Source: a virus (taxonomy: Duplodnaviria; Caudoviricetes). From it: DNA of 43,784 nucleotides. The notes below the pieces were generated by a model. It was not told where the DNA came from, did no database searches, and worked only from the letters and a program-made list of their open reading frames with translations. Shown here one piece after another: positions 1 through 9,159 of the stretch (positions are counted from its first letter, which is position 1; each line of letters begins with the position of its first letter). The position numbers and the translations under genes were made by a program. The stretch lies in IMG/VR virus record IMGVR_UViG_3300015370_000024, positions 1 through 43,784 of that record, one strand, 5' to 3'.

Positions 1-179
1 GGCTCTAATCGGTTGACCTCTGGCCTATTCCATCCAAACTCGCGCCCGTATTCGTACCAGTGTTTTACTCGCCACAAAGTACGGTCAAAACTATTCGGCT
101 CTTGTGGCTCTGGCTGCGGAATAGCAAACTCCACCGCGCCGTCAGAATATACATACAAATCACGGATAAGCGTTACCAT
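1..179 (-). CDS. Hypothetical protein, N-terminal part running off the window start
   Basis: Not in ORF track; ATG at 179 overlaps end of 160..465; open to base 1 (MVTLIRDLYVYSDGAVEFAIPQPEPQEP...); shares VYSDG motif with upstream gene. Confidence 0.6.
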   Translation of the reverse strand, partial: MVTLIRDLYVYSDGAVEFAIPQPEPQEPNSFDRTLWRVKHWYEYGREFGWNRPEVNRLE

Positions 180-465
180 CTACCGTTATACTCCCGTCAC
201 TGTAAACTTTGATCGTGTGCGTCAGGGTTGGTCCACCTGGCTCTGGATCCGGCTCCTCATCAGTTACCACCGTCAATAATTTTTTGTCGATATACATCCC
301 CTCGAGATTTTCCCTATTGCTATACATGATAATGTGATAGACCACTCCGCCCTTTTGGATGGTGGAATTTCCCAATACCACCACAGTCAGGCGGCCAGCT
401 TTTCCCCCCACATTCCCGCTCTTTGTCCTGTACACTGTCCCATCCGGCACGCTGTAAGTAATCAT
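160..465 (-). CDS. Hypothetical protein with Pro/Glu linker
   Basis: GAGGTG RBS and upstream TATAAT; EEPDPEPGGP linker. Confidence 0.65.
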   Translation of the reverse strand: MITYSVPDGTVYRTKSGNVGGKAGRLTVVVLGNSTIQKGGVVYHIIMYSNRENLEGMYIDKKLLTVVTDEEPDPEPGGPTLTHTIKVYSDGSITVDGNAYP

Positions 466-539
466 CGCTCACCTCTGTTATAATTATACCATCGCTCGGC
501 GTGTGGCCTGCCAAATCAATTCGCAGATACCCGGAGCGA

Positions 540-1361
540 CTATATCATTACCAATTCTACCGGATCGCCTATGTCGCCGCCCGCGTGTATTACGAAATAT
601 TGCAATCCAACTTTATTTAGCGTCAATGGTGCCACTTTGTACGCATATCGCGTTTTTTGTTGCCAACTGGGAGATATAAGCCCGCGAACGGGGAAATATG
701 CGCCTTTGTAACGCGCGATAAATATCTGCCAGTATGGATCATGGGTGTGCCCAGAAATAATCATGTGCGGCGGCTCCTGTCCTTCATTCACCGTATCGTA
801 GTAGATATTCCTTAACCAATTCCTAAAACCGTTGCCTTTGTTCGCGCCCTTGCCGCTAACGGGCCCGTGATGTACCCACCATATACGCCTATCATTGATT
901 GTCAATTTCAATTCGTTGAACGCATAAAGATTATCATCCGCCTGGACCGCCCCCATTTTTTCGCCTATCACATCCTCCCCGGAATTTGTGTGAACTTCTG
1001 TCCCAAGTGTGTAATACAACAAATCCCCGCGCCGATAATCCACCGCCCGTTTGAACCATGTCATCAATTCAGTGTGGATGTCTATTTGTTCCTTTTCGAG
1101 CAAAGTGCAGACAGTAGATAGCCCATAGCGATTTCCTTCGATTGCATCCCCATTGATGACAATGATTAGCCGCTTATCTTTTCGCGCCTTCAATACCTCC
1201 CTGGCGCAATATTCAAAGTGTTTCCAAATTCTCAACTGCGCTCCCTTCGGCGCATGGACTTGTTTAGACTCCGCAAATTCGACAAATCTGTCAGGAAACA
1301 GCGCGAAATTGCTCCCGCTGTGCATGTCCGATAGTGTGACCACCAGCGTGTCTCTATTCAT
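540..1361 (-). CDS. Calcineurin-like metallophosphoesterase
   Basis: Motifs LSDMH, INGDAIEG, GTEVH, HHG, GHTH in the expected order. Confidence 0.8.
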   Translation of the reverse strand: MNRDTLVVTLSDMHSGSNFALFPDRFVEFAESKQVHAPKGAQLRIWKHFEYCAREVLKARKDKRLIIVINGDAIEGNRYGLSTVCTLLEKEQIDIHTELMTWFKRAVDYRRGDLLYYTLGTEVHTNSGEDVIGEKMGAVQADDNLYAFNELKLTINDRRIWWVHHGPVSGKGANKGNGFRNWLRNIYYDTVNEGQEPPHMIISGHTHDPYWQIFIARYKGAYFPVRGLISPSWQQKTRYAYKVAPLTLNKVGLQYFVIHAGGDIGDPVELVMI

Positions 1362-1476
1362 TTGATTTTATCCTTTTGGGATTGTACTCATTATGGCAAA
1401 TTTACGATGATTGCTATCGTTACAGCAACCGCAATAAGTCCTAAAATGATAAGGTAAATTCGAGCGCCGTTTCTCA

Positions 1477-1788
1477 TTAGCCCCCCGCCGTTTGTAATAG
1501 TCTGATTATGCCGTATCCAATTGCAGATAGCAACGGCATCAATATCCCACCTAAAATAACGAGGATAAGTTTTACCCTATCCTCCAGCCTGCTTATTCTC
1601 TTTTCGTGGTCGTCCACTGCCCGCTCGTTGTTTTCAACAACCTTATCCTTATGCCTCCGTTCAGCCATTGATAATTTTATAGTATCAATAGACTGCTGCA
1701 AAGCATTGAAGTGATCGTCCGTCTTTTTTTCAAAGTCTTTGAAGTCTTTGGATGATACCGAGATGTCACCGTTTGCCATAATAGACAA
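1477..1788 (-). CDS. Coiled-coil protein with C-terminal TM helix (XhlA/holin-like)
   Basis: DDHEKRISRLE coiled coil then one hydrophobic helix; next to holin-like gene. Confidence 0.5.
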   Translation of the reverse strand: MSIMANGDISVSSKDFKDFEKKTDDHFNALQQSIDTIKLSMAERRHKDKVVENNERAVDDHEKRISRLEDRVKLILVILGGILMPLLSAIGYGIIRLLQTAGG

Positions 1789-1885
1789 CCCTTATGTTAA
1801 TGTCCCGGTATTGGTGGCGGGCATTATATTATTTCGCCGGGGGTAGTTCGCCGCTACCCCCGGCATAGAAAGGAGGAGGAAACGT

Positions 1886-2080
1886 TTATCCCTTGCGCAG
1901 GCTCACCTTCGTGCTGGTAACGAGCCGCAAGACAAGGACAATTACAGACACAACAACGTTGACGATCTCGGTCACGTTGCTGTCCGGGGTGTAATCAGCG
2001 TAACCGAACAAACCGGCCACACTCACAAGCCCGAACAAAACCGCGAACCATACAGTTTTACTTTCATACCATGCTTTCAT
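1886..2080 (-). CDS. Putative holin (2 TM)
   Basis: MKAWYESKTVW start, two hydrophobic helices, basic C-terminus. Confidence 0.6.
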   Translation of the reverse strand: MKAWYESKTVWFAVLFGLVSVAGLFGYADYTPDSNVTEIVNVVVSVIVLVLRLVTSTKVSLRKG

Positions 2081-2277
2081 TTTTTATCTCCTTCTAACAT
2101 AGAACGAACAAAGCAATCTTTTGCCTCTAGCAATTTACGCATCCCCGCTGATTTTTCAGGGCCATCGGGAAGCGCCGCCTCCATTAAATATGCAAGGTCA
2201 CATAATGGTTTAGCAACTTCTTGCAAATTTTCGGGAAGGTGGTCGTATTCAAAATACTGAATTGTGGTACTTGGCAT
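2077..2277 (-). CDS. Small helical phage protein, Acb2/Tad1-hairpin-like
   Basis: Start moved to ATG 2277 (AAGGAG RBS); F.Y.HLP..LQ.V.KP...LPDGPEKS...RKLLEAKDCFVR. Confidence 0.5.
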   Translation of the reverse strand: MPSTTIQYFEYDHLPENLQEVAKPLCDLAYLMEAALPDGPEKSAGMRKLLEAKDCFVRSMLEGDKK

Positions 2278-2302
2278 TATTACTCCTTTTTCAAAAATTA
2301 TA

Positions 2303-2704
2303 CTACAAAACTTCAAGATACCATCCGGCGGTATCAAGTTCTTTCAAGCTAATGTACACCGCGCCGCCTTCCTCAACGTCCCCAACCTCCCGGACTGTCC
2401 GGCGTATCAAGTTGTCATCCAGCCCTAGCGCCTTGAATATCCCATCGCGTGTGCTCTTGAAGGCGGCCTCGATGTTATCATCATCGCGCCTGCGCCTATC
2501 TGGCGGACATATCAACATATACAATTCGAGCGGCTTCTCTCCGCTAAATCCCAACTTGCTATCCAGGGTGATGTAATAACCAACTTGCCGCGCGTATTGT
2601 CTCTCGTTTGTCAGGCGCCTGTGATCCTTGCGCGAGTTTGGCGATAGGCGCATGTCAGGAAATGGATACCGGATTAGTTCAGTCGTCTTCGGCTTCGCTG
2701 TCAT
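2303..2704 (-). CDS. rusA: RusA-like Holliday junction resolvase
   Basis: PPDRRRRDDDNI...K...DG...LGLDD catalytic signature. Confidence 0.75.
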   Translation of the reverse strand: MTAKPKTTELIRYPFPDMRLSPNSRKDHRRLTNERQYARQVGYYITLDSKLGFSGEKPLELYMLICPPDRRRRDDDNIEAAFKSTRDGIFKALGLDDNLIRRTVREVGDVEEGGAVYISLKELDTAGWYLEVL

Positions 2705-2827
2705 CTAACTCAATCCGCATTTCCACGCCCTCGCGAAACGCAAAGGCGGCAATCTCTTCCGCCGTCATGAATGGCCAGATTACGTATATCACACTGGTTT
2801 CACTCATCGATCAACTTTCTATCTCAT

Positions 2828-3253
2828 TCATATCTCTAACTCCGCATCAATAAAAAAATCTTCGGGTAATTCGCGTCCGCGTACCTTGTAAAGAAGTCTT
2901 ACCCACTCTATTTCTGTTATCTCAATTTTCTTGGGAACAAACTTGCGAGCATAATCATTCAATGAAACAACGCGCCACCACGAAAAATTATCAGCATACC
3001 GAACAGCAAATACAGGAATGCCCGCACGATCACCCAAATCTATAAGCGCCTTATAGGTTGCAGTAGTTGGCGTTTGTGGTTTTGCATATTCATGCTTGTA
3101 TTCCACCAGCGCAGTAGCTTTGCAATTATCATATTCAACAAATAGCCAATCAATATCAAACCCAGGACAATCCCAACCCCACCTTCTATGCCTTGCGCTT
3201 AGTCTTTGATCGCGCCAGCCCGTCCGTTCCTCGGCCACTTTATTTGACATCAT
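2828..3253 (-). CDS. Putative PD-(D/E)xK nuclease-fold protein
   Basis: DID...LVEYK motif; overlaps the stop of the MTase gene. Confidence 0.45.
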   Translation of the reverse strand: MMSNKVAEERTGWRDQRLSARHRRWGWDCPGFDIDWLFVEYDNCKATALVEYKHEYAKPQTPTTATYKALIDLGDRAGIPVFAVRYADNFSWWRVVSLNDYARKFVPKKIEITEIEWVRLLYKVRGRELPEDFFIDAELEI

Positions 3254-4307
3254 TCAATCTCGCCTTTGAAATATTCACATTGTCAATGTCGATTTCAACA
3301 CCATCAAAAAGACAACCCAACTCAAGCGCAGCTACACCCGTAGAGCCTGCGCCACAAAATGGATCTAAAATATAATCACCTTCATTAGCAAACCGCCTGA
3401 TAATATCTGTCATTCCGCTTACAGATTGCCCCCAGTCATGGCCGCTTTTGTCGTTGTCATTTACATCAGACTTGCAAACATCTCCAAACCATTTCCCATC
3501 ATACTCGCCTTTAGCATAAATAAGTAGTGGCTTCCAATATGGCATAGCTTTTCTTGGGAACACTTGTGCTGACTGTCCGCCTGGCGTAAGGTATGCGCCT
3601 GTCCACCAATATTTCAAGTGCCTATCGAACATAGCATAAATCTGATTTAAGTATGCTTGTCCACACATAGCAATCAAAAGCCCGCCATCTTTCAGCCATT
3701 CATTAGCCGCCCGCTTTGCCAAGATTGGATAAAGATATAAATATTCGTATTTGTAAGGCGCGTCTGTGATAATGAAATTGTATTGTCGAGGCGCTTTCCA
3801 CGCTTGCATGTCCGCATGGTAAACGTTCCATCGTTCTGTCGGCTGTAGGTCTTTGCCAAGCGCTGCAATTCCATTTCGTTCTTTCTTGCGTAAATGATTT
3901 TTGGCAAGACCACGCAAACCCGACGCGCTTATTTCTCTTTCAGTTGACAGGCATTCATCCACCCATTCGAGAAAACGCTCTTCTGGCAAGGCCGCCTCTA
4001 ATTGCCAGCGGGAACTTTCATATCTATTTATTCCATCTGGCAAACGAGTCGCATCTTGCAACTCGTTGCCAGCAACTGCGCCGCGATGATCTACATTTCT
4101 TTCCAGCCACGCCCCCGCCCTGCGCTCTGCCTTTAGCTGGAATATCTTAGCCTTTTGCGCCGCATCTTTGAAGCCCTGAGCGTTTGCGAACAATTGAAAA
4201 GCAGCCGCCCTATCACGCAAAGATACCATTTCGTGAATATTGTCCGCCCGCTCAAGCGCCTGTTCTGCCGCGCTAATCTCTACGAGAGCCTTATTTTCTT
4301 CTTCCAC
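3240..4307 (-). CDS. N6-adenine/N4-cytosine DNA methyltransferase with N-terminal helical extension
   Basis: ITDAPY (DPPY-like) before ILDPFCGAGSTG, beta-class order. Confidence 0.8.
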   Translation of the reverse strand: MEEENKALVEISAAEQALERADNIHEMVSLRDRAAAFQLFANAQGFKDAAQKAKIFQLKAERRAGAWLERNVDHRGAVAGNELQDATRLPDGINRYESSRWQLEAALPEERFLEWVDECLSTEREISASGLRGLAKNHLRKKERNGIAALGKDLQPTERWNVYHADMQAWKAPRQYNFIITDAPYKYEYLYLYPILAKRAANEWLKDGGLLIAMCGQAYLNQIYAMFDRHLKYWWTGAYLTPGGQSAQVFPRKAMPYWKPLLIYAKGEYDGKWFGDVCKSDVNDNDKSGHDWGQSVSGMTDIIRRFANEGDYILDPFCGAGSTGVAALELGCLFDGVEIDIDNVNISKARLNDVK

Positions 4308-4320
4308 AATTCTCCAAAAT

Positions 4321-4417
4321 AAAAAGCGACTGCCGAGAAATCAAGGGCTTGCTTAGGGCTCAGTCTCAGTAGTCGCTTTTTATCCTCGATGTCTGATCCC
4401 TAAGCGGCTTTATTTTA
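4321..4417 (-). promoter_or_regulatory. Promoter plus terminator-like leader upstream of the MTase
   Basis: Extended -10 TGGTAAAAT (TAAAAT 4412-4417); long hairpin 4321-4381 ending in T-tract; 8-nt complementarity 4351-4358/4398-4405. Confidence 0.55.
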
Positions 4418-4600
4418 CCACAACTTACTCACCTTTTAACGGCGGTTTAAAGACTATTTTCCGGCAATCGTCTCCCAGCCGAAATACATAATCCACCCGC
4501 TTGCTAGTAGGCGTGTTTATCCATTCCGGGCCGCGCGTATAGGATGTCAACGGCAACCAACCCTTGATGAGACCGAGAAACCACATCTTAATTTTCCAGG

Positions 4601-4993
4601 TCATTTGCTCGCCTCCTGTAATACTTCCCTGTTTTCTAGCGCTCGCGCCAGTTCCTTGACCGGCCAGTCAAACAAACTTCTATATACGCGCGGCTTGCGT
4701 TTCCGTTTCGTCACAACTTGAGACTGACAGTCATAACAATGGACAACGCCGTGTACCAAACACACTGGAGCCGGGGCCTCGTAGGGTATCCCAAACCGCG
4801 CTTTGAATTTATCCGGTATCTCACGTTCGCCTTTCGCAATCGCCCAAAGCGTACCCGGCTTTATCCCTTTGTATTCGCCCATTTTGGCAATTTTACGCCA
4901 AGACAGCCCGTATGTATCATGTAGCTCATTTAATTGGGCCTTGATAATGTCACACTTGTGACGCGCATCCCTAGATTGCGGCCGAGAACTCAT
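4601..4993 (-). CDS. Putative HTH DNA-binding protein with Cys/His motif
   Basis: GLSWRKIAK...IKPGTLWAIAKG HTH-like; CLVHGVVHCYDC. Confidence 0.5.
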   Translation of the reverse strand: MSSRPQSRDARHKCDIIKAQLNELHDTYGLSWRKIAKMGEYKGIKPGTLWAIAKGEREIPDKFKARFGIPYEAPAPVCLVHGVVHCYDCQSQVVTKRKRKPRVYRSLFDWPVKELARALENREVLQEASK

Positions 4994-5267
4994 CCGCGCC
5001 TCTTGTCGATTATCAGCGCAACCATCCACAGCACCAGAATGAGGGCGGCAATTCCGAAAACTCTAACAACTATTTCAATCGGTATCATCGCCGTTTACGT
5101 TATCTGCCGCTTCATGACAGCGTTTGGAGATTCTCTATAGTGATTCTCGACAACGCCGTCCGCCTGGGCCGCAACCAACATTCGTTCTTTTGCGCGTCGC
5201 CTCTCTGCTTTTAGCAATGCCACTTTGGCCAAGCGACTGGCTCTCAAAAGTGAAATTTTCATAGTCG

Positions 5268-5849
5268 TCACTCCAATTCTTGCAGCGTTCTGGTGTGTAA
5301 AAACTCCTCAAAATGTTTCCAGCATTTTTCATGAGCAGCATCATTGCGCCACAACCACGAATGAGAACCGGCGGCGCTGTCTTTTATTACAAATCCATGC
5401 GCCTCTAAATTCTTCCTGATCTGTTCCCACGACCATTCAGGCAGCCAATCGTTTCGACAATTCCTGATTGGGAACACCTGTTTTTTATCCGAACCGTGCA
5501 TAAATCTAATAAAGTAAACAAGCGGGACATCGGTATCGTCATAATATTGTATTGCTCGTGATCCAGTCCATTTGACACGGATTTTCGGAAGAGAAATACC
5601 CAGGCACTCAAAACGGTCTGCCTGCATTTTATCTAGTTTTTCAGCAGCACCGCCAACAATCCACCAAAAATTCTCGGCACTCTTCCAGGCAAGCATAATC
5701 AAAATAACAGCAATGATTACAACACAGACAATCCAGGCAACAGTAAAAACGCTACTCGCCTTTTCCCAAATTACACCAATAACACCTAAAATAATCCCCA
5801 GTATCAAAACTCCTATTGCATGTCCCACGCTTGGATTGTATTGTGACAC
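5268..5849 (-). CDS. Hypothetical membrane protein
   Basis: Two N-terminal hydrophobic helices then a soluble domain. Confidence 0.6.
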   Translation of the reverse strand: MSQYNPSVGHAIGVLILGIILGVIGVIWEKASSVFTVAWIVCVVIIAVILIMLAWKSAENFWWIVGGAAEKLDKMQADRFECLGISLPKIRVKWTGSRAIQYYDDTDVPLVYFIRFMHGSDKKQVFPIRNCRNDWLPEWSWEQIRKNLEAHGFVIKDSAAGSHSWLWRNDAAHEKCWKHFEEFLHTRTLQELE

Positions 5850-6167
5850 AATTATTTACCATTATTGTGATCGAAACCCAATACAATCACGACGATGGCC
5901 AAAATAACGATTACCCCCAGCAGAACGAACAAAACAACTAAATCCTTGTCCGGTTCTGCCAAAAAACGCAAAATTGCGTGTTGGGGAGCTATTTTAGCCA
6001 GTAAGAGGGGGATAAACACGGTGGGGGAGTGGTTCACAGTTCCTTCTTTCTCTAACTGGGGCCGCTTTGGCGACCCCGTTACAGTATTCCTACACATGGC
6101 AGGCCCGCTATCCTACTATTATACGCTAATACAATCCTAAGCCGTTGCCATTTGTTCATAGTTCACC

Positions 6168-6668
6168 TCATCTCTTCCACCTTTCTTGACGGCTGCGTTT
6201 TTCGTAGTCTGGCCCGTTCAGAAAATCACGCACATCTTGACTGGCAGGGCGTCTAGGCACAAGTTTCATTTTGAATTTGTCATAAAATTTATCACACGCC
6301 ATATATTCATCTTGTACATCCACGACCTGTCCATTCTGGAAAATAACCTCTGTCTTTGCCCAAACCTCACCAGGCGTAACGTTGGCCTTGCTTTTTTCCA
6401 GTATGTGTTGCGCCCAATGCCCAGCCTTTTCTGACAACGGAGCGCCTGAAATTCCAGCCTGCGTTTGACCTGGATAGTATGTAACAACTGTACGGCCCTG
6501 ATCCTCTGGTTCACGCACCCCGACAAATAGACAGAGCAAATCTACCGCGAAAACAACACAGAACGCGCCAAATACCTTGAGAGTCCAGTTCCATTCAGGA
6601 ACAACCTTATACAGCACAAGGGAAAGCATGAACAGAAAAACAGTGAGCCTAAAAAGAAAGTTACCCAT
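6168..6668 (-). CDS. Hypothetical membrane protein
   Basis: Two N-terminal TM helices; start overlaps upstream stop. Confidence 0.6.
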   Translation of the reverse strand: MGNFLFRLTVFLFMLSLVLYKVVPEWNWTLKVFGAFCVVFAVDLLCLFVGVREPEDQGRTVVTYYPGQTQAGISGAPLSEKAGHWAQHILEKSKANVTPGEVWAKTEVIFQNGQVVDVQDEYMACDKFYDKFKMKLVPRRPASQDVRDFLNGPDYEKRSRQERWKR

Positions 6669-6871
6669 TATTTCACCACCTTTGCTCCCATTCGCAACGC
6701 CTCGGCAATCCCAGCCCGCCGCGCTTCATACTGGGTAACATACACTCCCGTCTCCCTCCTCTGCCCCATCACGATCACCGTTGCGCGATACATTGGCTTT
6801 CCCCCGGCCACGCACGGCCAAACATCAATAACCGCTTTTACTTCGCCATCACCGTGTAGTACGTGTGTCAT
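6668..6871 (-). CDS. Hypothetical protein
   Basis: Part of a chain of overlapping minus-strand small ORFs. Confidence 0.55.
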   Translation of the reverse strand: MTHVLHGDGEVKAVIDVWPCVAGGKPMYRATVIVMGQRRETGVYVTQYEARRAGIAEALRMGAKVVK

Positions 6872-7040
6872 TTTTAGCCTTCCTTGCCTTCATGTGACAC
6901 TCCTGAGCATTGGTCACATGACCAATAGCCCTATACTGATGCTTCAATTCCATCCATTCGCTATACGTTCCCCCACGATCTATCAAGCGCGAGTATTTCA
7001 GGTTCAGCTCTAACAATTGTCTTTCATGCGCCGTTGTCAT
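6849..7040 (-). CDS. Hypothetical protein
   Basis: Overlapping operon arrangement. Confidence 0.5.
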   Translation of the reverse strand: MTTAHERQLLELNLKYSRLIDRGGTYSEWMELKHQYRAIGHVTNAQECHMKARKAKNDTRTTR

Positions 7041-7290
7041 CCTGTCCGCCTTTCAATAGTTCAGCACAGTTTTGACAGCACTCATTTGTACATTCCCGAA
7101 AACTAAAGCCCGTATGGTATTTTTTTCCTAGGTATTGCGCGTGTGCGTGTGCTCGTTGCGCGGCATCGTTGAGCGCCGCTTCAAGCTCGGCAATGCGCTC
7201 ACACATTACATGGTTCCCGGTTTCAGGATTGAACGCCCCCGCACACGTCTGGCAAATGTCACATTTGAAATAACCTAAGTCGTCTTTCAT
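7024..7290 (-). CDS. Cys-rich hypothetical protein
   Basis: CDICQTC and CTNECCQNC; ATGA overlap with upstream gene. Confidence 0.55.
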   Translation of the reverse strand: MKDDLGYFKCDICQTCAGAFNPETGNHVMCERIAELEAALNDAAQRAHAHAQYLGKKYHTGFSFRECTNECCQNCAELLKGGQDDNGA

Positions 7291-7454
7291 TCCACGCCTG
7301 CGCTTTCTTTTTCATCTGTCTTGAATTCCTTCAAAAGTAATGGCCGATCTTCGTAACAGGCCAACACAATCTTCTCCCCACTTTCGCGGATAAGCACCAA
7401 GTCATAATGACCATCTGCCAACTTATCCAAATAAATATTTTCGACACGGTTCAT
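7287..7454 (-). CDS. Hypothetical protein, probably leaderless
   Basis: ATG 7454 lies 7 nt downstream of TGTATAAT. Confidence 0.5.
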   Translation of the reverse strand: MNRVENIYLDKLADGHYDLVLIRESGEKIVLACYEDRPLLLKEFKTDEKESAGVE

Positions 7455-7559
7455 ACCTAAAATTATACACGCCAACATTAAGAGAACATTAAAATCAGAT
7501 GAGTGTTTTCTAATCCGATTCTCATATTTCTTTAATCTTTCTGTGTATAATACTAATTG

Positions 7560-7704
7560 CACGGGCGGCGGCAAAGAAGGCTTCGAAATTGCTACGGCGA
7601 TTACGCACTTATCGTGAGCGCGTCAACGAGAAGCCCCCGCACGATCCGCCCGTGACTTCTCCTCTAGACCCCCGCCCGTAGGGCACAATACCCGGCGGGC
7701 GGGG
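7560..7704 (+). ncRNA. Candidate structured leader/small RNA at the divergence point
   Basis: TATAAT 7546-7551; nested stems CACGGGCGG/CCGCCCGTG and GGCTTC/GAAGCC; second hairpin 7670-7704. Confidence 0.35.
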
Positions 7705-7730
7705 CGAAGAGACAAACGAGAAAGGCAATT

Positions 7731-7943
7731 ATGACATCATTGAAACGAATTGAACATTTTGCGGGTCTGGCAAGAAATTCTCGTGGCGTAAGAAAAGAGG
7801 CTGCTTTGCGAGAAATGAAGCTGGCAATCTTGGATTTCTTGCGCGATGAGAGGGCCGAGATGCTCTGCGGTCATCCAAGAAGCGCCATTGTGTCATCAGA
7901 CGAGGGGACTAATTATTGTAGCGAGTGCGAAAGGGAAGCATGA
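7731..7943 (+). CDS. Hypothetical protein with C-terminal Zn-ribbon-like motif
   Basis: GAAAGG RBS; CGH...YCSEC. Confidence 0.6.
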   Translation: MTSLKRIEHFAGLARNSRGVRKEAALREMKLAILDFLRDERAEMLCGHPRSAIVSSDEGTNYCSECEREA

Positions 7944-8100
7944 CAGTCAGAGAATTCTTACAAGAAACAAAAGCGACCAGTTGGTATGAGTGTCACTGGT
8001 CTATCGCCGGAACGTTAGAGCAGGCGCAAGCATGGTTCAAAAACCACGGCCTCACAGGCGCTATCTATCCCGTCCCTTTTGGGTTTTGGTTGGTGACAGC

Positions 8101-8256
8101 ATGAAAAAATATATCGTTATCTATTGGGACGCGGGCGATCAGCTAGTTACCCGTACAGTTTGGGCCAACAATAGCGATGAAGCTATTGAGATGTTGGCGA
8201 ATGATCCACAAAACCCGCTCGCACAGGTCAAAGAGATTGAGTTGGTGCTGGAATGA
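8101..8256 (+). CDS. Hypothetical protein
   Basis: ATG 8101 (MKKYIVIYW) with ATGA coupling on both sides. Confidence 0.5.
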   Translation: MKKYIVIYWDAGDQLVTRTVWANNSDEAIEMLANDPQNPLAQVKEIELVLE

Positions 8257-8447
8257 CAGACAAAGAGGAAGCCGCGAAACACCTACGCAAGATTGGCAAA
8301 GAACTGGCCGAAAAATACCCGAAACACGCCAGCGCTGAAGTTCTAGCGAATGAAGCCGCCGACCGGCTGGAAAAACCAGACGACGTTGATCCAGAGCCGC
8401 CACCGATTAGGTTAATACACAAAAAATGTCAATTGTCTCGAATGTAA
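8253..8447 (+). CDS. Hypothetical protein
   Basis: ATGA overlap with previous gene. Confidence 0.5.
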   Translation: MTDKEEAAKHLRKIGKELAEKYPKHASAEVLANEAADRLEKPDDVDPEPPPIRLIHKKCQLSRM

Positions 8448-8470
8448 TTGACACCAGAAAGAAGGAAACG

Positions 8471-8740
8471 ATGGAAAAACCAGATTGCTATAGTTGTTCA
8501 CACAGGGGAACCGTTCCAGGAAGTTGTCACAGTTCTTGCCATCATCCCGAAGCCCAGACCATTCACTCCAATCCACTTGCGGTGTTGGCTGGAATTATGG
8601 GCGGAGCAATTATTGACATGGATAATACGTTGAATATAAAAGGAAACCCGCACGGTATCCGTAAAGGCTGGTTTGCTTGGCCTGTCAATTTCGATCCAGT
8701 TTGGCTTGAAAACTGCGACGGTTTTACTCCAAAGGAATAG
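8471..8740 (+). CDS. Cys/His-rich phage protein
   Basis: AAGGA RBS; CYSCSHR..PGSCHSSC and HGIRKGWFAWPVNFDPVWL..CDGF. Confidence 0.65.
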   Translation: MEKPDCYSCSHRGTVPGSCHSSCHHPEAQTIHSNPLAVLAGIMGGAIIDMDNTLNIKGNPHGIRKGWFAWPVNFDPVWLENCDGFTPKE

Positions 8741-8862
8741 CCACTTAAAATGCAAACAACAATACACACTGTATGGTTGGTTGGTGTTTGTCGAAGAAGC
8801 CGACACCGTAGAACTTGCGGAAATTGTCGAAACCGCTATTGACGAGAAGGAGAAGGACAACG

Positions 8863-9060
8863 ATGAATGAACAAGAAATAATCGAACAAAAACAGAAAGA
8901 ATACAAACGCGGATTTATCGATGGGTTGACCGCCTTTGCTCATTGGAGAGATGGAGTCCAGCGTGTTGGAACAAGCAGTGAGCGCCCGTTAAAACAAGCC
9001 GTTGAAGAAGTAGAACACACCTGGAACTACTTACCACCAACCCACGCGGAAGATGATTAG
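8863..9060 (+). CDS. Hypothetical protein
   Basis: AAGGA RBS before MNEQEIIEQ. Confidence 0.55.
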   Translation: MNEQEIIEQKQKEYKRGFIDGLTAFAHWRDGVQRVGTSSERPLKQAVEEVEHTWNYLPPTHAEDD

Positions 9061-9123
9061 CCACTCCGCCGGTGCCGCTGGCGGCTGTGCAAAATGTTAT
9101 GTCACCCGTTAGTATTTGCGCAC

Positions 9124-9153
9124 TTGACAAGGACAGGAGTCCGGGTGTATAAA
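9124..9153 (+). promoter_or_regulatory. Sigma70-type promoter for the replication operon
   Basis: TTGACA 9124-9129, 18 bp spacer, TATAAA 9148-9153. Confidence 0.65.
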
Positions 9154-9159
9154 TAGATA

